DNA of 63,739 nucleotides, filler included, from Globobulimina sp. (Eukaryota): the NCBI GenBank assembly GCA_003354225.1. It is 22 parts of 22 records of this genome, joined end to end, with 100 filler letters (N's around TTAATTAATTAA, not from the genome) between each part and the next. Parts side by side here need not be neighbours in the genome. Positions count along the whole stretch, not along the records: positions 11,613 to 14,415 come from PIVH01004823.1; positions 14,516 to 17,318 come from PIVH01004824.1; positions 17,419 to 20,221 come from PIVH01004825.1; positions 20,322 to 23,124 come from PIVH01004826.1; 18 more parts are not named here. One strand, 5' to 3'. Below are positions 12,863 through 23,224 of this stretch, piece after piece (the stretch's first letter is position 1; each line of letters opens with the position of its first letter). The translations under genes and the position numbers were made by a program. The notes beneath the pieces are model-generated. The model searched no databases, was not told the origin of the DNA, and saw only the letters and a list, made by a program, of their open reading frames with translations.

Positions 12863-12962
12863 AGTTTGATTGCGACGGTTAATTGTTTGTGATAAGTGTT
12901 TCCTTGTAATTTCACCTAGAAACACATTGATGTATTTAATATTCACTGTTTGCAATCGAACT
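12863..12962 (+). promoter_or_regulatory. SECIS-like hairpin in the 3' UTR of the SelM-like gene
   Basis: Non-Watson-Crick core G-UGAU (12889-12893) / UGAU (12928-12931). Helix II AAGUGUUUC (12894-12902) pairs with GAAACACAU (12919-12927) with one mismatch. Apical region has AA at 12908-12909. A long lower helix pairs 12863-12879 with 12945-12962. Confidence 0.72.
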
Positions 12963-13046
12963 CATTTTATATATAATTTCATTACAAATAATATTTACAT
13001 TACAGAATATTTACATTACAAGTTACAAGCTACGCAAATTCGAAAC

Positions 13047-13934
13047 TTAATCATCCTGATAAAGTTTAAACTGTTTCTCAAGTTCGTTGACTTGATCCTT
13101 GACTCGCTGCAATTCCTCTTTTTTAATGAATTTCGGATCAATATTGGACAATAGAAATGCATCCATATTGGAGCTGCCATTCAAAAGTCCACCCTCCAAC
13201 GGAATATTCGCTCCATTTAAGAATCCACACTCTCCGCTCAATAAATAGCACATCAGCGATACCACTTCGTCCACTTCGCCAAACCTATTCATTGGAATGC
13301 GATCCAACGCCCATTGCCGACGAAAAGCATTGCCCCAATACCCTCGGGGCCCGGTACCCATTTCCGAATTAACAATGGTTGGATTAATGCTATTGATTTG
13401 AATATTTTTAGTGCCATATTCCAGCGCCATATGCTTAGTGAAGTAATCCATGCCGGCTTTACTCAGTCCGTATACCATATGGCCTCTTAACGGCGACAAT
13501 GAAGCACAACTCGATATATTTACGATGCTATGTTTATCATTGTCATTTTTAGCAATCCAATGCTGCGCAATGCCTTGGCAAATAAATAAGGGCGCTTTTA
13601 AATTGATGCCCATAATTTGCTCATAATCTTCCTCAGTAAAAGCGCCACATTCTGCTTCTTTAAATATTCCCGCTACATTTACTAATGAATCTGCATTATA
13701 ATGTATCAATGAGTCAATTACCATTTGTTGACCTGTTTTTGTTAAAATATCGACATTTAAAACGTCAATGTTATCAGCACCATAATTACTTTGTAGTTTT
13801 TTTAATTCGTCTAAATCACGATCGATTGCGACAACTTTACTTCCTTCGTTGGTAAGACGCTCAACGAGTCGTCTGCCCATACCGCCAGCGGCTCCGGTTA
13901 CTCCAACCACCCTCTTTGCGAATCGAGTTAACAT
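13047..13934 (-). CDS. Short-chain dehydrogenase/reductase (L-xylulose reductase-like)
   Basis: TGAAGGMG Rossmann motif, LVNVAG, IVNISS, catalytic YGLSK, INPT, and C-terminal RIPMNRFG...FLNGANIPLEGG. Confidence 0.92.
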   Translation of the reverse strand: MLTRFAKRVVGVTGAAGGMGRRLVERLTNEGSKVVAIDRDLDELKKLQSNYGADNIDVLNVDILTKTGQQMVIDSLIHYNADSLVNVAGIFKEAECGAFTEEDYEQIMGINLKAPLFICQGIAQHWIAKNDNDKHSIVNISSCASLSPLRGHMVYGLSKAGMDYFTKHMALEYGTKNIQINSINPTIVNSEMGTGPRGYWGNAFRRQWALDRIPMNRFGEVDEVVSLMCYLLSGECGFLNGANIPLEGGLLNGSSNMDAFLLSNIDPKFIKKEELQRVKDQVNELEKQFKLYQDD

Positions 13935-14084
13935 TGTTGGCGAGTGCTAGTACTTGAGGTTCTATTTAAGCTAGGAAGTAGGAAGTAGGAAGTGAGTCCA
14001 TATCCACTCTGTTCTGAAAAAAAAAGAGTTTGTTGTCTGATGGGTGCAAATTCAAAGTTTGTGGCTGGATCTGGTTGGATGAAA

Positions 14085-14415
14085 TTAAGGCGAATTGCGC
14101 TCTGCTTTTTTGCATTGATAACAAACAAATCCAAAGATAACTATTGTTGCAAAGATAACCATTGCAATTGTTGCACCAATTACTATTCCTACGCCACGGC
14201 CACTCATTCTATTTTGAGTTTGCGCTGAATCATCCAATTCCAATTCCAATGTACTGGTATTTCCTGATTTTGAGTTTGTGCTCAACATTGGCTGTTGACC
14301 CAATAACTCATCACTGTCACTAATAACATCAACTGTATCAGAACTTAATTTTCTTGACAAACTTTCTCGATCCACCTCTGGATTACTTGTTGCTGAAACA
14401 AAAGATCTTAAAGAG
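14085..14415 (-). CDS. Single-pass membrane protein C-terminal fragment
   Basis: S/T-rich stalk, then TM GVGIVIGATIAMVIFATIVIFGFVC and a basic stop-transfer segment. Confidence 0.4.
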
Positions 14416-14515
14416 NNNNNNNNNNNNNNNNNNNNNNNNNNNNNNNNNNNNNNNNNNNNTTAATTAATTAANNNNNNNNNNNNNNNNNNNNNNNNNNNNN
14501 NNNNNNNNNNNNNNN

Positions 14516-16896
14516 GCAACGGCATCATATTCATCCCCATCCCCATCCCCATTCCCATTCCCATCATATTCACCATGCCGGGGCCTCCGCCCGGTACCAT
14601 TCCCATCACAACATTCTGATTTGGATTTGCCTGACTTTGAGCGCGATGTTGATGTACAGGCACTACATTCCCTGGTCCTTTACTGGCAGCAGCAGCGGCG
14701 ACGGTTACTGGATCATCACCAGACGCATACAGTCCATCGAGATCGTGATCATTGAACACACTGCTCACCGAACACACTTTTACCATTGGCACAGTATGCA
14801 CCATTTCCGATGGTTTTCCTTCGCCCAAATCCTCGCCACAAAGAGAGGCAGAACTCGGACCGGTTGAGGGTAATTCCACTGCGCCGGGACCGATCAAATC
14901 TCGTTCATATTTTCTCTTTTTATATTGCAAGCAAATAACCATAAAGCAGCACCATAACAAAGCCAATGCTAAGACTATAAACACGAGGATTAAGAGGTTA
15001 TTGATGTTATCAAAGAAACTGTTTGAAGGTTGACTTACAAATTGCCCGTTGTCATTGTCATCGCCTTGAGCGTCATTGTCATCTCTTTGTGTGGTGATAA
15101 CGCCATTAATTGCGCCACTTTGTTCCGTTTCAGTGGGAGGAACGGATGGTCGTTTGGTGGGACTTGTGCTTGGAATGGATGTCGGATCTGTGCTTGGGTC
15201 CGATGTTGGATCTGCGGTGGGATCAGTGCTTGGATCGACAGTCGGATCTCTGCGAAATTAGAAAAACAAATGTCAATATATCGTGCATATAACATATATG
15301 TAAACATTTGTGGTTTAATAACGTACTGTGTTGGGTCATTTGTAGGACTTGTTGTTGGATAAATTGTTGGCTCCGCAGTGGTTGGCGCAGAAGAAGTTGG
15401 CTCGGCAGTTGTTGGCGACTGACCTGATTATTTTTTAATATGTGTGTATATATTTAGACGAAAGGTAATATTTACAACAACGTTGTTTAATTTTTTTCAG
15501 AAACGCTCGACTGATGAATGTATCCTAGCATGTTTTTGCTTTTTATTAACTTGTTGGTGCTGCGGACGTCGGCGAAGAGGTAGTTGGTGGCGTTGTCGTT
15601 GGCGCTTGAGCTGCATATCAACACACAATGCAACATAATGAGCGACAAGAAATACACAAACAATAACTTATTGGTGCTTTCGTCGGCTTCATACTCGGCA
15701 TAACCGTCGGCTACATATAAAAATACGCGTACACACGCATTAAATATACAAAAAAAAATACTAAACACGTCGGGTGGGAGATGCAGTTGGAATTTTCGTG
15801 GGTACAAATGTTAATGTATTGGAATATTCCCAATCATCAAATACACCATTCCCTGCATCATTAGATCCCCCAAATACATACAACTTATTATTCACCATAA
15901 TCGCCGCCGGAGAGGATCTTCCCGTATTCAATGGATACGATGTAATAATTTGCGCGGTATTGGAAGCAATATCATATATTTGAATGAAATCAGAGGCATC
16001 GCCACCGATACTGTCTCTACCGCCAACCAAATAAATTTGATTATATAAAGTATGCAACACTGCTCTGTGCATATATACGTTGGACCCCGCTGCGTAATCC
16101 ACGGTGTTGGACCAGCTATACGATGCTATATTTGATACTGAGCCAACGTATATCTTTTCTGAGGTAGTTCTGGCATATTGTGTGCCGCCGGAAGTATAAT
16201 AAGAGCCACCAAAAGCATATAAATAATTATTCGCCACAACACACGCATGTCTGGCACGGCCGTCTCGCAAGTTTGGTACACTGGTCATCCAGGCTGGAGT
16301 CGATAGGGAATTATCAAAGATTTGAAAATCAGCAGTTTCCTGCCCTGCTGTGTCACGGCCGCCTACAGCAAAAACATAGTCTGGATATACGGTAACAACA
16401 CAGGGCGCTTCTCTATTATTCGGCATCTCGCTGTTAAAGCCACCTAAATTCGCATCGTAGCCCTCATTGTATAAAAATTGTCGCACGAAACCTGCACTGG
16501 CGAATATTATGGAATGGTCGCCCCAGGGAGAGGAACATTGCGCGTTTACTGTTCCTAGAGTGTATATACTGCCTCCAGTGGTTTCTAATCGGTCAACGTC
16601 TGTGAATGATGATGATGGTGTATCTAAATCGTAATACCATATTCTAGTAGTTTCGGGGGATGGTGTTTCGTAGCCAACGAGCCATATTCTATTTGTTGAT
16701 GGTTCATATCCTGTTTTTGATAGATTGTTAGTATTTGATGGAATATGACAGTCGAAAAATATATACCTGTGAATAACGTTGCGGCCGCATCAGGCATTGC
16801 CGGGGTTGTCTCTCTTGTCCATCCAGTCAATGGATGGGTCACTTGTGATTGGCAGAGTTGATGGATGAATAAGAAAGTTGACCACCACAAAAGCAT
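14516..16896 (-). CDS. Type I membrane protein: signal peptide, kelch beta-propeller, P/T/S mucin stalk, TM and cytoplasmic tail; multi-exon (first intron 16711-16766); 3'-partial
   Basis: Kelch repeats (VFAVGG, LYAFGG, IYLVGG, LYVFGG with R/H upstream and W downstream). Several short PT-rich exons at 15000-15800. TM LILVFIVLALALLWCCFMVICL followed by KKRK. Confidence 0.8.
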
Positions 16897-16950
16897 TGTG
16901 AACGACAGAAAGCTTGGAGTACAATTTTCTTTAATAAAAATTTTTCAGGC

Positions 16951-17318
16951 ATGGCATCGATTGCGTTGAGTGAAGAAAGAATTGAAGAAAAAACGGAAGA
17001 AAGGAACAGCGATGGTTGTGCTGTAATAATTATTGGGAATACAGGAACAGGAAAATCAAGCATAACCAATATGTTTTCATATGAAAAAGCTGCTGTTGGT
17101 TCTGGTGTATCCTCAACAACAACTACATGTAAATTATATCAAAATTGTGAATTAGATGGACATATGATGTTCGACACGGTGGGTTTCGGACTTCGGAGAT
17201 ACGCAATAAAATACTGGCCACACTACATGATTCGCAAAAAAATAACAATAAAATCAAAATAATTTGGTGTTGTTCTCCTGATGACATAAAACAATCAAAC
17301 ATTCAAAATCAAGCTAAA
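16951..17318 (+). pseudogene. P-loop GTPase (AIG1/septin-like G1 and G3), frameshifted after G3, 3'-partial
   Basis: IIIGNTGTGKSS (G1), TT (G2), DTVGF (G3). The plausible continuation SEIRNKILATL...KIIWCC lies in another frame from about 17193. Confidence 0.55.
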
Positions 17319-17418
17319 NNNNNNNNNNNNNNNNNNNNNNNNNNNNNNNNNNNNNNNNNNNNTTAATTAATTAANNNNNNNNNNNNNNNNNNNNNNNNNN
17401 NNNNNNNNNNNNNNNNNN

Positions 17419-17896
17419 GATCTGGAGGGCTTTGCCCCTTTTCTCTCCGGCACCGTGGCCTTCATCGGAGACTTCGGATCCTCCTCTTCGAAGATCGGAG
17501 TGGTCAAATCCACCACTGCCTTCGGATTCGAGTCTTTTGGCTCTTTGGCCAAGCCACCATTCGTTGGAACATCACTTACTAAGGCATCAATAACCTCCTG
17601 TGAAAGTACCAAAAAATGACAATAGAAAAACGTTAGAAACGCTTTCCAAACACCAGCGAAAAGAGAGGAAAGGACAATAACCATCACAATGGAAATACCC
17701 CCCCTTTCCATAACGCTAGAACCGTGAAAGAGAATAGAAATGATAAGAAAAAAACGAACAAACCTTCTTTTTCGATTTCTTACCGTTCCGCTTCTTGTTC
17801 TTATTCTTGTCATTCTTGCTGATGTCAAGGAGATCGGATTCCAGGGCTGAATCATCTCCGTATGACACTTTCTTCTTGCATGTGCGCTCCGGCATA
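17419..17896 (-). CDS. Hypothetical K-rich protein fragment with one intron; composition differs from the rest of the contig
   Basis: Exon MPERTCKKKVSYG...KKSKKK, then a GT...TTTCACAG intron, then exon EVIDALVSDVPT... running off the contig. Confidence 0.3.
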
Positions 17897-18182
17897 ATGC
17901 GAGTGTTGGTGGACATAAGAAGCACGTAAGGTGTTCTGTATGACTAGACTGAGTGGGTAATCGAGGTATTACCTAAACTAAAAAATGCGAGAAACTTCGA
18001 GTTTTATCAGAAAAACCTCTTCGTTTCCGCATTACGTAAATATATTTAAAAACATTTGTTTGTCTAAAGAGAAACAGTGTTGTTTTTCATCTAAATTGTG
18101 CTGTATCCTCTCAACAAGCACCCACAAACATAAAATACAAACCCACAGACAACAACAAAAAATGGAAAAAAATGAAATAATT

Positions 18183-20221
18183 TTATAAACAAGAGACTTC
18201 CAAAGCATACACTCCATAACTTTGATCGCCATATCCACCCACTTCAATTGTAAATGTATTTCCTTCTATAAATTGCGCAAAATTATAATTAAAAACAATA
18301 GTCGATGCAACAGTATTATGCTCGCACGAAGAGTCATCGTCATTACTTACAATGAGAGTATTTCCCGCATCATAAAGATATAACATAGAATCCAATTGCA
18401 TAGTGTCAGCAGAACATGTCGTAAAGTTAACATTTGTAACACCTCCTGGTATATCAAAAGTATATGAATCCCTGAATCCAGCATTAATATTTCCTCGTCC
18501 CTGAATACCAGAACAATAAACGACACCTAAATCACTGACAGTAACCGACGTTGCTGTTGTCATTTGATTATAATTCGGAGCTGGACTGAACGCAGTACCG
18601 CTACAACCAAACGTAGCCCCTTCATCCTCGCAATATTCACAATCGCATACACCATCACAGGCATATTCCACCCAAAAACAACGTGTGCTTTCTCCGGGAC
18701 ATAACTCATAATCACACGGGTCAGAGAAACAATATCCTAAATCTTTGCAGACGCTCGAACCACTCGCATTGAATGCTCTGCCATACGTTTCACAATTTTT
18801 TTCCACTTCATCTGAGCCATCCGCACAGTCTTCAATATAATCACAAAGTGATTCTTGATATATACAAATACCAGAGGTTATACATTGAAATTCCGTGATC
18901 GCATCACACGTAAACAATAAACACAGCTCCTCATCCGATCCATCCTCGCAATCTCTTAAACCATCACAACGCCATTCATACGGTATACATTCACCTGAAC
19001 AACACATAATTACATTTACATACTTTGGTATACACAAAAACAAATTAAATTAACCTGTGTCCGCAGCAGTAATCAAACCAACTAAATATGTCAACGAAAG
19101 CTCTGAGTTCTGAGCTGTATCCAGGTACACTGTGGCAGTGCGATTCTTATACTCTCCAAAAGTAACAATATGCGTGTCATTAATCTGTGCAATTCTGCCG
19201 CCACATTGAAACACCTGTTGCCCCACTATCTCCTCAATGGCACACACATATTCACAGCCTTCCTCGTCTTGGCCGTCCGCACAATCTGCGATTCCATCAC
19301 ACAGTTTGTTCTTATTAATGCAAGCTCCGTTTATTTTGCACAGCGCCTCTGTCGATGCACAATGTCGCAGGCGAGAGTACGGACATCGCGACAAAAACAA
19401 TGGATGATTCACACTCTGATCAAAGGCCGGATACTCATCCGAGCCATCCACGCAGTCATTCGCCATCCCATCGCACGCATACTGCGCATCAATGCACTGT
19501 CCATTGTTGCATTTGAACTGCCCGCTCCACGTTGCATGCCATTCGTCGTCGGCCACCGTCACAGTTAAGCCCTCACCGCATTTCTTTTTGAATACAAACT
19601 CTGAGCAATTTGAGGCTCGCCCTTCATCCGAACCATCCACGCAATCAAGCTTACCGTCGCAACGTTTGCCAGTTTTCAGAAACGTGCCGGTACTCAAACA
19701 CATAAATGTGTCCGCCGGGTAATCAACGCCAGACTTGGCCGCAGCTAAAAATCCCGCATAATCACAGATATCGCCCTCATCGCTGCCATCGTCACAGTCT
19801 TCTATGCCATTACACACAAATCCTTTCCAAATGCAAGCAGCTCCACTGTTGCATTTGTACTCTGTGGTCAGACACGAACCGTCAGATATCACTGAGTCTG
19901 AGTTATAGCGGCAAGCCACAGCGTAACTGATAGTGAATGACAACACAATCCACAATATGACAGCGGATAATTTCTTTAACAGCGCAGTGCGTTTCCTGCG
20001 CGAAATGATGGCCATGGAAGCGAAGACCCGCTCATCCAAGTCATGCACGAACAAAATGCCGATGGCGCCAGAAATGGCATCGAATGAGTTTGGAGTATAA
20101 ATAGCGGTCAAAAAGCCGCAAAGCATCGCCGTAAATAGCTCTAATAAACAAAATGAGGAAGCTAACAGACCATACTTGCAAGTGCCTAATGCGTTGATCA
20201 CGTCAGCCCAAAGAAAGCCAA
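18183..20221 (-). CDS. Membrane protein with multiple LDL-receptor class A repeats and a C-terminal PPC-like beta domain; intron 18995-19054; 5'-partial
   Basis: Repeated C..F.C..G.CI....CDG..DC.DGSDE motifs (about 7, some degenerate) follow three hydrophobic helices. C-terminus DSMLYLYD...SNDD...TIEVGGY...GVYALEVSC. Confidence 0.85.
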
Positions 20222-20481
20222 NNNNNNNNNNNNNNNNNNNNNNNNNNNNNNNNNNNNNNNNNNNNTTAATTAATTAANNNNNNNNNNNNNNNNNNNNNNN
20301 NNNNNNNNNNNNNNNNNNNNNCAGTAAATTCAAATAACAGAAATTAGGATCACGAGCCGTATGCTGACGTATCTGATATATATATACGTATCTGACACGC
20401 TGTCCGTTAGCATACACGTCGTGGTCCACAAATTACAGAGTTTATATCCAAACGTTTTTGCAATTTTGTGTGATCGAACAG

Positions 20482-23124
20482 GTAGTTTCTGGGCTAATGC
20501 TAACTATGTTTTTGCCACTGGCGAAATGAATTTTGGTGATGGCGATTCCTCAGTTTATCCACTGACCGTTTTGGATATCATCGTTCATGGTATACACTAT
20601 ATTAATATATACATTTGTGAGTAGTATATTGTATACATTGTATACAGAAATAGCGCATGGTTATACCGATCAAGGAAGCGATTTAATTTATTCCGGAGAG
20701 AGTGGTGGTATGAATGAAGGTATTTTAACTCTCCTTAAATATCAAATATCTTTGTGAGATATTTGCACTTCGGACTAGGTTGTTTAATACTTATTTGTTT
20801 TTGTATAATTTTACAATTCTAAGCATTCTCCGACATCGCGGGAGTGGCCGGTGACTATTGGTTTTTTGGTAGAAACGATTGGGAACTCGGCAACGAAATT
20901 TTTAAATCTGATGAAGCATTGAGATATTTGCATGACCCACCTTTGGATGGTGTCTCTATTGATCATTACAGTAACTATTATGGGCAAAATGTGCACTATA
21001 CTTCAGGTACAGTTTACAGTATATTTCGTAGCATGTTTGTTCACGAAATTATCATTTTTGTGTGTTGTTACCTTTATATCCAGGTTTATACAATAAGGCA
21101 GCGTACAATTTGAATGCAAATGGGAATTGGACAATGGAGCAAATATTTCGAGTGTTTGCTTGGGCAAATTTATTTTATTGGACACCCGATAGTACATTTA
21201 ATGAAGGAATAAATGGATTACATCAAGCACTATTCGATATTTATGATGATAACACAACTGATGTTTTTGCAATGGTTGAAGCTTTAGACGATGCCTTCTT
21301 CGATGTTGGCTTAGCCCGCGTCAATGCTACAATCCCTGATCCTGTTTGTGGGTATAACAGATTTTGCCATTATCCAAATATTACTGGATCTCCGAATGCA
21401 ACCACGGTTCACACAGTACACATACAAGCTGATGATGACAGTGCCATCACCTATTTTGACATATATTTTACTGTGAAGGGTTACGATTGCATACGTCCCA
21501 CTTTATCATTTAGTTATGAATTAATAGATTATGATGCTTCTACTGAATACATTGATGTATGTTTGTGTATATATATATATAATTAATGTGTTTTTGCAAT
21601 CCTAACACATAAAAAAGGTGTTTGACAATGATGGTTTACTTATTAATCGATGTCAAGGTGGTTATTCATGTGGTACATTCGATTCACTTTGTATCAATAA
21701 TTATGATTTGGGTGTGTCCGGTGTTAAAATTGGCGAAACGTATAAAATTAGTGTTGTTGAATCGGCAGAGGTTGATGATTTATGTGGAACGGGACCTACA
21801 ATTAATGCATTTGTCACATTACAATGTCAATATGGCACATTACCGCCGACTACAGAGCCCACCTCGCAACCCACATTGGAGCCAACAGCACCTTCAAATC
21901 CCCCAACAACAGCACAGCCAACGCCAATTACACTAAATCCCACGCCATACCCAACCAACTTCAAAATCAATTGTGGTGTCAATACCTTCTGTTATATTGT
22001 CGATATATATCCCTCTCTCACGCAAAAAGTTGAAAATACGGTCATTATTCAAAATCCTGATGATTATTCAGGTATTTTATTCTTTTTATTCTCTTTTTAT
22101 TCTGTACTTCAATATAAATCACACACAGACACATATTTCAATGTGTTTTTTATTATTCATGGAAACGATTGTGTTTATCCACGAATCTCTTTTGAACACG
22201 AATTGGTTTGTTTTATATACGTTTTTCCATCGCAACCAACTAACAAACGTTTTTGAAACAGATTGATTATGATTCAACCTCCGAATATATTGATCTTTTT
22301 GATGACAATGATAATTTGATAATGCGATGTCAAGGAGCATTTATATGCAATGAGTTCTCGACTTGTATCAGTGATTATGATATTGGAGTGGATAAGATCA
22401 GTGCCGGCGGAGAACATTATAAAATAACAATATTGGAATCATATGCTGTCGATTCGCAATGTTATCCATTCCATACAAACTCAATCAATGCCAGATTAAA
22501 ATTTACATGCGATGCTGGCACAGTTAACCCAACCACCTCTCCAACAACAACACAACCAACACAAGCCACGGCAAATCCAACTCCAGCACCAACGAGTGAG
22601 GGTGAGGTCCGTTTAGTTGATGGTACGGCATCGAGCAATGGTCGGGTTGAAGTATTTCATAATGGAACGTGGGGAACAATTTGTGATGATTCATTTTTAA
22701 ATACTGATGCTGGAGTAGTTTGTCGTTCACTGGGTTGGGGAGATGGCACTGCATTATATACAACCGCTGTGGTTGACGGAATTGGCCAAATTTGGCTGGA
22801 TGAAATTACATGCATTGGAACAGAAGAAACAATCGGTGATTGTTACCATTTGCCATGGGGACAGCATAATTGTGCTCATTCGGAAGATGTCGGTGTTAGT
22901 TGTTATGGAACGCGGTCACCAACACAAACAACAAATGCTCCCACTACTTCTGCGCCTACACAAGTCACTAATGCACCAACACAATCACCAAAGGTAGCAT
23001 GTGGTACAAATAAATGGTGTTTTTACATCCCAGTTACTCCAAATCCACATAATGATACAGAATGGAATGTAGCAATACAGAATGAATACGTATATGGTGC
23101 CAGATATTTTGATATTTATTTTAT
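20482..23124 (+). CDS. M4 (thermolysin/elastase-type) zinc metalloprotease fused to Cys-containing repeat domains, PT linkers and an SRCR domain; introns 20590-20647, 20720-20823, 21007-21083, 21557-21617, 22072-22128, 22206-22261; partial at both ends
   Basis: Spliced translation: ANA...MNFGDGDSSVYPLTVLDIIV-HEIAH-GYT...LIYSGESGGMNEAFSDIAG...ALRYLHDP..DGVSIDH...VHYTSGLYNKAAY...ANLFYW. SRCR: VRLVDG...GRVEVFHNGTWGTICDD...GQIWLDEITC...HNCAHSEDVGVSC. Confidence 0.92.
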
Positions 23125-23224
23125 NNNNNNNNNNNNNNNNNNNNNNNNNNNNNNNNNNNNNNNNNNNNTTAATTAATTAANNNNNNNNNNNNNNNNNNNN
23201 NNNNNNNNNNNNNNNNNNNNNNNN

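Noticed and set aside
13972-13993. (TAGGAAG)x3 as a telomere-like repeat
   Set aside because: Only three units, internal to the contig and not seen elsewhere.
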